This document shows positions 1-9,538 of a stretch of 25,759 nt of DNA, piece after piece. The notes beneath the pieces were generated by a model. The model made no database searches, was not told the DNA's origin, and saw only the letters and a program-made list of their open reading frames with translations. How positions within the stretch are numbered: the first letter of the stretch is position 1; each line of letters begins with the position of its first letter. The stretch is from contig JABCSY010000056.1 of the NCBI GenBank assembly GCA_018238625.1, positions 1 through 25,759 on the forward strand. Reading direction: 5' to 3'. A program made the translations under genes and the position numbers. Source of the stretch: Promethearchaeota archaeon. GTDB lineage: Archaea > Asgardarchaeota > Lokiarchaeia > Sigyniarchaeales > SOKP01.

Positions 1-575
1 ATCCCTTGGGCAGTGTAACGTACAGATCCATCTCCATGAGGCTGCTTTCAACCATCAGGGTCTGGCATACGTTCCACGGGTCGCCAGTGTAGGCTACCTT
101 CAGCCCCTTGAGCTTGCCCTTGTGCTCACGCATGGTAAGCATGTCTGCCAATCCCTGACATGGATGCGTCAGATCAGTCAAGGCGTTGATAAACCGGACT
201 GTCCATGTAAGCCGCGTACTCTTCAACAACGTCCTGTCCAAAGGTTCTGAGGACAAGACCCTCACAGTACCTGTCCAGTATGCGCGCGGTGTCCTTGATG
301 GGCTCTCCCCTTGATAGTTGCATGGTGCTGGGTGTTGAATAGAAGCTCTGCATTCCTAGGTGGGCGATTGCGGCTTGGAAGCTGAACCGGGTCCTAGTGC
401 TGGCTTTTTCGAAGACCATGGCGATTGTCCTGCCTGCTAGGTTGTCGTGGCGCTGCTTCATCATGCGTTGTCGCTTGAAGTCAGCGGACACGTCAAGGAT
501 GTATTTGATCTCCTCAGGTTTCCAGTCCATTAGGGTAAGGTAGTCCTTTCCCTGAAAACGATCCTTCATACTCAT
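1..575 (-). pseudogene. argF: Ornithine carbamoyltransferase-family gene (N-terminal part), apparent 1-nt frameshift, truncated by window edge
   Basis: Carbamoyl-phosphate motif FEKASTRTR and RGEPIKDTAR. Removing one A from the AAA at 191-193 turns PVYQRLD* into [43 protein letters not shown] (HPCQ motif), open to base 1. The frameshift may be a sequencing error. A related transcarbamylase specificity cannot be excluded. Confidence 0.85.
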
Positions 576-715
576 ATTCGAATCGAAGATAAAGGAACCT
601 ACTTTAGTTAAAATAGAAAAAAAGATTTTAAAGATATTTTAGAATTATTAGGCATTAAAAAAGATACTTAACCAACTTTAATAGCATAACCCAAATGAAA
701 TTCACTATTATAAAA

Positions 716-1207
716 TTATTCTAAGTGTTTTTTCATCCATATGATATCAAAAGATTTATTAAACTTTTTTGCTATGTCATCAAATCTAGCACATTCAATA
801 AAACCATGTTTCTTATGAAAATTTAAACTTGATTCATTCAAGGAAGACAAATGAACATAAATCGTGTTGATTCCATTATTTTTCGCATCTAATACTAATT
901 TATTAAATAAAAAAGTTCCATATCCTTTTCTTGTGAATTCAGATAATATAAAATAAGTTAAAACTCCTGTATGTCTAAAATTCACGGGTGGGCGAAAATT
1001 CTTTAACATACAAAAACCAACTATTTTTTGGTCAATTTCTATAACATAAAATGAAATAGCTTGTCTCTTCAAGTTTATAATAAAATCGATACCAATAGTT
1101 TCTTCCGAATATGCTGCAAAACTCTCTTTAATATAAGAATTATAAATCGACATGATGTTATGTAAATCAACATCTTTTGCCTGCCTTATACTATAATTAT
1201 TTTTCAT
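716..1207 (-). CDS. GNAT N-acetyltransferase (phosphinothricin acetyltransferase/YncA-like)
   Basis: IRQA...IMSIYNSYI N-terminus, acetyl-CoA motif FTRKGYGT, NESSLNFHKKHGF, C-terminal KFNKSFDIIWM. Confidence 0.88.
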   Translation of the reverse strand: MKNNYSIRQAKDVDLHNIMSIYNSYIKESFAAYSEETIGIDFIINLKRQAISFYVIEIDQKIVGFCMLKNFRPPVNFRHTGVLTYFILSEFTRKGYGTFLFNKLVLDAKNNGINTIYVHLSSLNESSLNFHKKHGFIECARFDDIAKKFNKSFDIIWMKKHLE

Positions 1208-1251
1208 AAATTAATCACTGAATAGAATTTTATAAAAAAGTATTTTTTTTC

Positions 1252-2394
1252 TTATAAGATATTTACTTTCCCTTTGCATTTTTCTTTCACAATAAGTTTA
1301 CCTACATTAGTAATTCGTTGTGCTAATTCAGTTATTTTCCACTTTTCGTGTCCTTTTACATAAGTAGCAAATGTGTCTTGTAGAGGATCTTTCCATTTAG
1401 GAAGCATTTTCTCAGCTCCCAATTGAACGCCTAAAACTGCACCTATGTTTCCACAGTTGCAATCGGTGTCAAGTCCCATCATAGCGGCGATGCAAATTGA
1501 TTTGCCAAGAGGGTCTTTCTCATCTTGAGCTCCATATAATAAAGAAAGAATAATAATTCCTATATTTGGTAAAACATGTACTCCTGAAGTTTGAGTATGT
1601 AAAAATCTTCTTCTTTTTTTTTGAAGTAGAGACTCTGATTGAGAGCCCTTAACACCTGTTAACGCCAATTTATTTTTTCTTACATCGTCCCAATAATTAA
1701 TTAAATTCTCTCTTGCCTTTCTAAAGTTATTTGGAAATAGATCATACAAATTAATTGCTTTTTCGACCATTTGAGTATAATAACTCTCGCTATTAGGAGG
1801 GAGAAATTTGAGAGAGTTCTCTATATTAAACCTAATATCTTCTTCAAAAAACGCGTGAGAGATTAAAACTGCCAAATAAATTTCACCTTCGATGCCAATG
1901 CCCGCATGTGAAATAGACCCATCCATTTCTGCAAATCTTTTAGCTACTTCGGGACATCCTGGAGATATTTGACCCCAAATATCTGCCCGCATCTGTGCTC
2001 CAATAGCATCGTAATAATAATTATTATAGGTGCCAGACTTAGGTGGCCAAATTCCTGAATTTATATTTTTTATAGCTATTTTTTCAGCAGTGAAATTTAA
2101 TGTGTATAAAAGATTTATCCACTCTTGAGCAATATCTTTCGCTGAGACTTCGCTCCCATGTTTTTCAAGGGCAATAAGTGCGCAGATCTCATACATTTCG
2201 TCATCATTAACGTAATCTAAATCAATAGGTTCTGGAAAATATTCGATGTTTCCATACTTTTCTGTAATTGTTGGGTACGGTACAAATTCGACTGGGGCGC
2301 CTACAAAATCTCCCGCTACTCGCCCTAACCACGAGCCCAAAACTTTATTGGAGTACTCTTTACTCGTTAACTTTTTCATATTTATATCATACAA
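1252..2394 (-). CDS. ADP-ribosylglycohydrolase (DraG/ARH) family protein
   Basis: GRVAGDFVGAPVE, NDDEMYE, GAQMRADIWG and DTDCNCGNIGAVLG motifs. True start may be the ATG at 2379 (MKKLTSK). Confidence 0.88.
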   Translation of the reverse strand: MYDINMKKLTSKEYSNKVLGSWLGRVAGDFVGAPVEFVPYPTITEKYGNIEYFPEPIDLDYVNDDEMYEICALIALEKHGSEVSAKDIAQEWINLLYTLNFTAEKIAIKNINSGIWPPKSGTYNNYYYDAIGAQMRADIWGQISPGCPEVAKRFAEMDGSISHAGIGIEGEIYLAVLISHAFFEEDIRFNIENSLKFLPPNSESYYTQMVEKAINLYDLFPNNFRKARENLINYWDDVRKNKLALTGVKGSQSESLLQKKRRRFLHTQTSGVHVLPNIGIIILSLLYGAQDEKDPLGKSICIAAMMGLDTDCNCGNIGAVLGVQLGAEKMLPKWKDPLQDTFATYVKGHEKWKITELAQRITNVGKLIVKEKCKGKVNIL

Positions 2395-2450
2395 TCTTTA
2401 ATTTTAATTTGAATTAAAATGTAAGAAATATATTAAACTTATTAATTAAT

Positions 2451-2735
2451 TTATCTGGGATAATCAGCTTTGCTAGACACTAATGTAGTGGTTTCTTCAA
2501 TCCAACTAGATAATTCTTCGTTAACGCGAATAAAAGTCACGATTTTATCTAATTCTTGTAGTTTAGCAAATGTGCATTCCACTACTAAATCCCAACCTCC
2601 ATAAATAGGGGTTACGTATGTTACTTTCCAATCTTCATCGGCAATGGTTGATTTTAAACCTTTCAATCTCTCAACGACTTCCCATTCAGTACCAATAACT
2701 TTTAATCTAATTAGGATATATCCGCGATAAAAAAT
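2451..2735 (-). CDS. Stand-alone Lrp/AsnC ligand-binding (RAM)-domain protein; probable ATT start
   Basis: YGGWDLVVE and IEETTTLV are typical of RAM domains. The frame is open upstream of the tracked TTG (2666), adding FYRGYILIRLKVIGTEWEVVER, which supplies the expected first strand and helix. GGAG lies 8 nt before ATT at 2735. Confidence 0.7.
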   Translation of the reverse strand: MFYRGYILIRLKVIGTEWEVVERLKGLKSTIADEDWKVTYVTPIYGGWDLVVECTFAKLQELDKIVTFIRVNEELSSWIEETTTLVSSKADYPR

Positions 2736-2872
2736 TTTATTTACTCCGATTTATTTATTTGCTAATATTCTCTTAATAAAGATTTATTTTTTTTGATAAG
2801 CTTTATTATTAATACTCAAATAGCTTTAAATTTAGAATTGAAAATAACGATCTTTAATGCGTGATTTTTGTA

Positions 2873-4633
2873 ATGGATATTGATGAAATAAAAAAGTTAT
2901 TATGGGTCCTCGGGCTCACAAACGCGGTGAAATTCGAGGGAAAACCTAATCTAAAAGCAATTATGGGTAAAATAATGAGCCAAAAACCCGAATTAAGATC
3001 TCAGATTAAATTGATTAAACCTTTATTAGATGAAACAATTGTCGAAATTACTAAACTAACTTTAGAAGTACAAAAAGAGAAATTACTTGAATTAGATCCA
3101 TCTGCTTTAGAGAAAAAAGAAACTAAGAAAGAAAAAAAAGAATTACCAGAGTTACTAAATACGCAGAATTGCGATAAGATCGTAATGCGTTTAGCACCGT
3201 ACCCGAGTGGAGCTTTGCACATTGGGAATGCGCGAATGGTAGTTTTAAACAACAAATATATCAAGCGGTATAACGGGGAATTAATCCTATTCTTTGATGA
3301 CACAATAGGGAGTCCAAAATCTTTGAGAGATAGCCCTAAAGCAAAATATGTGCTTCCTGAAGCTTACGACTTGATAAAAGATGGTTTAAAGTGGTTGGGA
3401 GTTGATTATTCTAAAATATATTACAAGAGTGATAGGTTAGAACTTTACTACGAATATTGTGAGAAATTAATTAAGGATAATATGGCATATGTATGTTTTT
3501 GCAGTGCAAATGAGTTTAGGGAGAAATATAAAAAAATTAAAAAAAATTGCCCTCATAGAGATCAATCAATAGATATAAACCTAGAAGAATGGAACAACAT
3601 GATTAAAGGCAAGTACCATGAAACAGAAGTTGTTGTTAGGTTAAAAACTGGAATGGCCCAAAAAGATCCTGCAATAAGAGACCAAATAATTATGAGAATT
3701 TCTGAAGCGGACCACCCCTTAGTTGGAAACAAATACATTGTTTGGCCAATGTTAGAATTTTCTTGGGCAATCGACGATCATTTAATAGGTGCGACACATA
3801 TCTTAAGAGGCGCAGATTTGGTAAAAGAAGATATTATCGAAGCATTTATCTGGGAGCATTTCAACTGGAAAAAAGCGGAATTCTTGCATTACGGTAGAAT
3901 TAAGTTTCCAAATATGAATTTAAGTAAAACTCAATCAAGAAATAACATAATAAGTGGTAAATACGAAGGATGGGACGACCCTAGGACTTGGAGCTTGCAA
4001 TCACTTAAAATGCGAGGGATTGAGGCAAAAGCTTTGAAAGAAACGCTTTTAGACCTTGGAATGTCAATTACTGGAATTACTTTTGATGAATCATGGCTTT
4101 ATTCTAAAAATAAGGATATAATTGATGAAATTTCAGATAGGTATTTCTATGTAGAAGACCCTGTCCCAATTGAGATCGAAAACGTTCCTTTTTCAAGTTA
4201 CACGGCTGAACCATTAGTACTACCGTCAAACCCTAAAAAAGGAAAAAGAAAAATAAATGTTGAAGCAAGAGAAGGTAAATTGAAAGTATTCGTTGCCAAA
4301 TCAGACGCATACAAGTTTAAAATAGATCAAAATTTACGGTTAAAAGATCTAATCAACATTAAATTAACTTTTATTGATGTAGATAACAATAAAATAAATG
4401 CTCAATTCCATAGTTACGAATTAAACAGAGAATATTCAATTATTCAATGGGTATCTGAAGAAGAAAATGTAAAAGTTTCAATTCTAAAACCTGATGGGAC
4501 GATTTCTAAGGGAAATGGAGAGCTGAACCTTGTAAACATCCCTATGAATAAAACAATACAATTCGAGAGATTTGGATTTGTAAATCCAATTAAATGGGAA
4601 AACGACACACTTGAATGTTATTTTACGCATTAA
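2873..4633 (+). CDS. gltX: Glutamate--tRNA ligase, archaeal type
   Basis: RLAPYPSGALHIGN (HIGH motif), AYVCFC, IDDHLIGATHILRG, LSKT, GWDDPR and QFERFGF. Start set at ATG 2873; the track uses GTG 2861. Confidence 0.97.
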   Translation: MDIDEIKKLLWVLGLTNAVKFEGKPNLKAIMGKIMSQKPELRSQIKLIKPLLDETIVEITKLTLEVQKEKLLELDPSALEKKETKKEKKELPELLNTQNCDKIVMRLAPYPSGALHIGNARMVVLNNKYIKRYNGELILFFDDTIGSPKSLRDSPKAKYVLPEAYDLIKDGLKWLGVDYSKIYYKSDRLELYYEYCEKLIKDNMAYVCFCSANEFREKYKKIKKNCPHRDQSIDINLEEWNNMIKGKYHETEVVVRLKTGMAQKDPAIRDQIIMRISEADHPLVGNKYIVWPMLEFSWAIDDHLIGATHILRGADLVKEDIIEAFIWEHFNWKKAEFLHYGRIKFPNMNLSKTQSRNNIISGKYEGWDDPRTWSLQSLKMRGIEAKALKETLLDLGMSITGITFDESWLYSKNKDIIDEISDRYFYVEDPVPIEIENVPFSSYTAEPLVLPSNPKKGKRKINVEAREGKLKVFVAKSDAYKFKIDQNLRLKDLINIKLTFIDVDNNKINAQFHSYELNREYSIIQWVSEEENVKVSILKPDGTISKGNGELNLVNIPMNKTIQFERFGFVNPIKWENDTLECYFTH

Positions 4634-4729
4634 GCTGACTATCATGTTTTTTATGTATCATACTTTTAAATCAAAAACAATAATAAAACAATAGTAATTA
4701 TTATTTTAGCATCTTACTATGTTATAAAA

Positions 4730-5830
4730 ATGAACGAAAATGAAAATTTAGACGATTCAGCCAATACTGAGTTTAAGTGGCTTTATTGTCCAATATGTGG
4801 AACGAAAATTCCTCAAATTAAAAATATAATATATTGTATTAAGTGTGGCGTTGACCTTCAATATATAAACACCCATATGAGGATGCCTTCTCGTAAAAAT
4901 ACACATTATCTGGGACCCACAGAAGGACTTTCCCAACAAAAGTTTTATCTGTCAGATAAACCTTTAAGAAAAAAACTTTCTGAAGAGGAACTCCTTAACT
5001 TGGAGGATCAGAAATTATGGGGTAGCTTTGCTTCTATTGGTATAACTGCAGCGGCATATGTTTTAATGAACTTTGTTGCAGTTTTAGTCGTTATAATTTT
5101 TATTTTATTTACATTTAACTTAGAAAATGTATTAGATTTCTTAGTTAGCCCGTATTTTATTATTATTGCCTCCTTTGTTGAATTAATATTTATTCTTATT
5201 CCAGCTTTATACGTTGGCAAACACCTTCAGAATCCAACACTAAATAATCGTATGATTTTATTAGGTTTTACTAAGAAAGGATTTGATAAAACAAAACTCA
5301 TTAAAGAAATCTTGATTGGTTTAGGATTTGCGGTATTGGGAGTAGCTTTAGTATTATCCATCTCTTTTCTCATGGGAATAATATTAAACCTAATTTTTGG
5401 ATACGAAATTATGCAAGATTTTTATGGGACCAGTGGAGAAGTAGATTCAATGATTGCCTCCGCAGACATTCTTAGCATTTTTCTGTTATCTGTAATTATG
5501 ATATTAATTATTGGTACTACCGAAGAAGTTTTATTTCGAGGGTTTTTGCAAAAAGGGTTAGTTCGAAGTTTAGGTAAATCGTGGGGGATTGTTGTTACAG
5601 CGTTGATTTTTTCATCGATTCATTTGATTGGAATTTTCCTGTCTCCAGGATCGCCCCTAATATTTATAATATCATTACTTTTTAATTTTTTTCCTTTTTT
5701 TGCTATTTCTTTGTTGCTTGGATTACTGTTTAATTGGAGAAAAGAAAATTTAATCGCTGTTATGATTACACATGGCGTTTACGATGCGATAACTATCATT
5801 CTTGCATTTATTGTTTTTAACTTAATTTAA
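4730..5830 (+). CDS. CPBP (CAAX/Abi) intramembrane metalloprotease with N-terminal zinc ribbon
   Basis: EEVLFRG, FSSIH and HGVYD motifs, multiple TM helices, N-terminal CPICG...CIKCG. Confidence 0.88.
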   Translation: MNENENLDDSANTEFKWLYCPICGTKIPQIKNIIYCIKCGVDLQYINTHMRMPSRKNTHYLGPTEGLSQQKFYLSDKPLRKKLSEEELLNLEDQKLWGSFASIGITAAAYVLMNFVAVLVVIIFILFTFNLENVLDFLVSPYFIIIASFVELIFILIPALYVGKHLQNPTLNNRMILLGFTKKGFDKTKLIKEILIGLGFAVLGVALVLSISFLMGIILNLIFGYEIMQDFYGTSGEVDSMIASADILSIFLLSVIMILIIGTTEEVLFRGFLQKGLVRSLGKSWGIVVTALIFSSIHLIGIFLSPGSPLIFIISLLFNFFPFFAISLLLGLLFNWRKENLIAVMITHGVYDAITIILAFIVFNLI

Positions 5831-5848
5831 AATCAATTGAGATTTTCT

Positions 5849-6709
5849 ATGAGCATATTAGATATTTTCACTTCTAAAGTAGAAGGTAAAATTACTAACA
5901 TTGGGATTGGATTAGGTGATTCGGAAACCCATAATCTCAAAATCCTAGATGCTACTATAAAACTATTAGAAATCAACAAATCGTCGGTGTATTTCTTTGG
6001 CAATAAATCTTCTATTAATCAAATTTCTAAAAACACTCTTTATAAAAAAAATTCGAAAAGAATCGTTTCAATCGATTCAAACGAGCCTGAATCTGAGATT
6101 TTAAGTTACCTAAGCAAAGGACTCATATCTTGCGTCGTAAGAGGTAGTTTGGGTTCAAGTAAATTCTTACAAAGTCTCAAGACATCCTTAAATATTTCAG
6201 AGGTTGCCCGTTTAGCGTTATTAGAAACTTATAAAGGCCAGCAGTTTTTCTTTGGACCCGTAGGTATAGACGAATGCAATAATATTAAAAGTAAAAAGAT
6301 GTTTTTAGAAAAAGCAATAAAAATGTTAGAAACTTTAAATCTTGAACCAAAGATCAGCATTTTAAGCGGTGGAAGGGTTGGAGACTTAGGCAGAAATCCG
6401 AGTGTCGATAAAACTATCAACGAAGCGAAAGAATTAGTAGATTATTTCAAGCTAGAACATCCAAAGGTGGAAATTAATCATGCCGAAATTTTAATTGAAA
6501 AAGCAATTAACGATAAATCTAATCTAATAATCGCTCCAAATGGTATCTCTGGAAATCTAATTTATCGTACATTGGTGCATTTAAGCGGAGGTAAAGCATA
6601 TGGTGCAATATATATGGACATTGGGCAAATAATAATAGATACCTCTCGCGTAGGTGACTTTTCCGAGATATATGGAGGATTTATTTTAGCTCTTGCGTTG
6701 ACACATTGA
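5849..6709 (+). CDS. MtxX / methanogenesis marker protein 4-like (phosphotransacetylase-like fold)
   Basis: VRGSL, RLALLE, PVGIDE, SGGRVGDLGR, APNGISGNLIYRTL and DTSR motifs recognised as MtxX family. ATG 5849 preferred over TTG 5837. Confidence 0.8.
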   Translation: MSILDIFTSKVEGKITNIGIGLGDSETHNLKILDATIKLLEINKSSVYFFGNKSSINQISKNTLYKKNSKRIVSIDSNEPESEILSYLSKGLISCVVRGSLGSSKFLQSLKTSLNISEVARLALLETYKGQQFFFGPVGIDECNNIKSKKMFLEKAIKMLETLNLEPKISILSGGRVGDLGRNPSVDKTINEAKELVDYFKLEHPKVEINHAEILIEKAINDKSNLIIAPNGISGNLIYRTLVHLSGGKAYGAIYMDIGQIIIDTSRVGDFSEIYGGFILALALTH

Positions 6710-6736
6710 AAAAAAACTTTCTGTATAAATTATCGT

Positions 6737-7882
6737 TTAATTTTTTCTTTTCTTTGGCCCTCCTATGGCTCCTTTTAAAGAATGAGCATCAATTTCTTTA
6801 ATAGCATTTATAGTTTCAGGGTCGTAATTTACGACATCTTTATAAATCCGAGAAAGAAAAAATGTCATCCATGGAGAAGCTTGCTTCTTTTGACCAAAAG
6901 AATAATCCTTAAAGTATAAATATACTGATTTTGGGATAAATTGAGCGTTTGATGGAAACTCTATGAGACTTACTGCAACCAATTCTCTAAACGCTTGTGT
7001 TTTTACTAATTCTGGGTAATGTCTAGTTGCGTCTAATATTGTTCCAATATTATACCAAAAAAATGGTGCTCTCGGAAGCCGAAACCTTTTTCCATGACCA
7101 AATATGTATGGTTTTTCTTTAGTTCTTCTAGACCAGCAATTTAAAAGCGTTTTTCCAGCGTCTATTAAATGTGTTGGCCACTTATTCTTTGATAAAAGCC
7201 AATATCCTCTTAAAGCGTCTGCAACAATCATTGGACATACATCGTTAACCCTTCCAGGTCCTCTTGTTTTTTGATAAAGCCACGGAATGCATTTCCATCC
7301 CCATCCTTGTGTAGTTTCTGTTAACAATTCATTTAATCTATTAAGTCCTTTTTTAACGCGATTATCATTTTCTAAACCTGCTAGCAAAAAAATGCTAACT
7401 ATTAAATTATGATCGCATAGAGCACTCGTCCACATCGGATGTTTTGTTTTAGTACTTCTGTCGTATACTCGTGAATAGGCTAGGAATTGTCCTAAATCTT
7501 GATCTTGATGTGCTATAATTTTATCAATTGCATCTTTAAATCTTTTATCGTCATCAATCGTAATTCCCCAATCAAGCAATAGCCATAATTGGTTAATTAA
7601 ATAATCTGCTTTATTATGTCCTGTAACAACATCTTTCTCCCAATCTGATAAATTATTTAATAAATTTTCCACCAAAGGATCTTTCAACATCCTCTGACGG
7701 GCTTTAAGGACGTCAGAATGATCTTGTGGCAAATCCAATAAATCTATTAATGTACGATAAACAGTAAAAGATTCACCTGATTCAATGAGAAAAATTCTTG
7801 GATCGGTTGGAAGCAACTTTGTCCATTCCACACTTTTTTTCACTATTTTTTGGATATCTGTAGAATAGGATTTTAAAGACAT
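6737..7882 (-). CDS. Uncharacterised protein, likely alpha/alpha-toroid (prenyltransferase/terpene-cyclase-like repeats)
   Basis: QDQDLGQF and GWGWKC QW-like repeats, GHGKRF, FFWYNI and SPWMT motifs. 381-aa ORF with host-like composition. Confidence 0.55.
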   Translation of the reverse strand: MSLKSYSTDIQKIVKKSVEWTKLLPTDPRIFLIESGESFTVYRTLIDLLDLPQDHSDVLKARQRMLKDPLVENLLNNLSDWEKDVVTGHNKADYLINQLWLLLDWGITIDDDKRFKDAIDKIIAHQDQDLGQFLAYSRVYDRSTKTKHPMWTSALCDHNLIVSIFLLAGLENDNRVKKGLNRLNELLTETTQGWGWKCIPWLYQKTRGPGRVNDVCPMIVADALRGYWLLSKNKWPTHLIDAGKTLLNCWSRRTKEKPYIFGHGKRFRLPRAPFFWYNIGTILDATRHYPELVKTQAFRELVAVSLIEFPSNAQFIPKSVYLYFKDYSFGQKKQASPWMTFFLSRIYKDVVNYDPETINAIKEIDAHSLKGAIGGPKKRKN

Positions 7883-7912
7883 ATTTTAAACCTCTAGCAT
7901 TTATTCATTAAT

Positions 7913-8461
7913 TTATGGCTTCATTTCAAATAAATTTACTGTAAGATCTATGATATCTCTATTGGATTTACCATTTTTGACCATTTCTTCAATCTCAGCG
8001 CTAATCTCTTCTTCACGACCTTCTGCAAAAGCAATAAGATTCTTAACATTCCATTTTTGATATCTTTTAGTAAGACCATCTAAGAAAATTGGTGCAGGTG
8101 GCATCATTGATGTCTTTAAAGACTGAGGTATTGCCTTACATTTTCCATTAACTATATCAAAGGAATTGCATTGACCGCAATTTTTAATTTTCTTATCGCT
8201 TGTGCATTGATTTATAACGCAATCTTTCCTTTCATTACATCCAGGGCAGGGGGGATTTTGAGAGATAATTTCAAGCATCTTTTTAAAATCGGGGAGATTG
8301 TACTTCCTAAAATCAGGGTTTATCATAGAAATAACGCTAGAAAACATTGGATCCTTAAAAACTTTTAATAAATAAATTGAGCTATCTTGAATCTTAGTCG
8401 TATTAGCATCGCATAAATCACAACTTAGTCCACAGGATGTTATCTCATATTTTTTTTTCAT
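7913..8461 (-). CDS. DUF3795-like Cys-rich (metal/Fe-S binding) protein
   Basis: CGLSCDLC ... CPGC ... CVINQC ... NCGQC pattern. Confidence 0.75.
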   Translation of the reverse strand: MKKKYEITSCGLSCDLCDANTTKIQDSSIYLLKVFKDPMFSSVISMINPDFRKYNLPDFKKMLEIISQNPPCPGCNERKDCVINQCTSDKKIKNCGQCNSFDIVNGKCKAIPQSLKTSMMPPAPIFLDGLTKRYQKWNVKNLIAFAEGREEEISAEIEEMVKNGKSNRDIIDLTVNLFEMKP

Positions 8462-8615
8462 AATTCTTCATTTCGTTATTTTGTTATATTTTTTATTGAT
8501 AGACATTAACAACCGTTCTAATATATAATATATGGGAAGAAAGTTGGGAAGAATGCGAAATTTTTTATACTATTTTTGTACATTTTCTATCAAAAAGAGG
8601 AAAAAAGTAGACATA

Positions 8616-9503
8616 ATGGATGCAATTGATTTTCAAATCTTAAAAATAATGGATAGAAATTGTAGGATATCATACTCTAGAATTGCTGAGCTTTTAGATT
8701 TACCTGTAAGAAATGTTTCATCTCGTATAGAGAGTTTAATTAAAAATAATATAATAAAATGTTTTTCTGTACAATTTAATTATAGTGAACTTGGATTTCG
8801 TCATTATATTGGCTCAATAGAACCACCAAATGACAAAATTAATATAAATTTTTTTAAGGAGCTTCAATATATATCAGAAATATATCGAATATGGGAATTA
8901 CTCGATGGTAGTCTGACAATCTCTTTCTTTTGTAAGAATGCTAAACATCTCGAAGAAATAATTAATAGTATTCTAAAAACTGGTGCAAAATTATATGGTT
9001 ATACTGAGTCTAGAATTCACTTTCCAATAGAAATTCCATATTCTCTTACTGATTGGCGGATAATTTTTTTCTTATTGCACAATAGTAGAGCTTCTAAGAA
9101 AGAAATTGCAAAAGCTTTAGATATTAGCGATAAAACTGTAAAAAGAAGAATCAATAGAATGATAAATATGAAATTAATTCAATTTATCCCAGTAGTTAAC
9201 TTCGAAGCTATTACAGGCATGATTACAGCTGTACTTTCCTTAGAAACCAGTGGACCGTCAAAAGAAATCTATCTTAAAATGAAAGAAGATGAATCTATTA
9301 AATTTTGGAGAAATGCGGGGTCGGTTAGTCCCTCGATTGTTTTATTTGTTTTTGGAAAAAGTATAACAGAGATATATAAACTATATCAAAAGCTTAAAGC
9401 GCATAAAGATATAAAAAAAACAAGTTTAAGATTTATTGTTAAAAATTGGGAAAATTCTTCTATTATTGAAGATGCTATCCTTGAAAAAATACAAATAGCT
9501 TAA
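8616..9503 (+). CDS. Tandem-duplicated AsnC/Lrp-type winged-HTH transcriptional regulator
   Basis: Two HTH modules: MDAIDFQILKIMDRNCRISYSRIAELL and DWRIIFFLLHNSRASKKEIAKALDISDKTVKRRI. ATG 8616 fits the domain start better than 8532. Confidence 0.85.
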   Translation: MDAIDFQILKIMDRNCRISYSRIAELLDLPVRNVSSRIESLIKNNIIKCFSVQFNYSELGFRHYIGSIEPPNDKININFFKELQYISEIYRIWELLDGSLTISFFCKNAKHLEEIINSILKTGAKLYGYTESRIHFPIEIPYSLTDWRIIFFLLHNSRASKKEIAKALDISDKTVKRRINRMINMKLIQFIPVVNFEAITGMITAVLSLETSGPSKEIYLKMKEDESIKFWRNAGSVSPSIVLFVFGKSITEIYKLYQKLKAHKDIKKTSLRFIVKNWENSSIIEDAILEKIQIA

Positions 9504-9538
9504 ACTTTAGATTAAAATCTGAAGTAGTACTATTTAAA

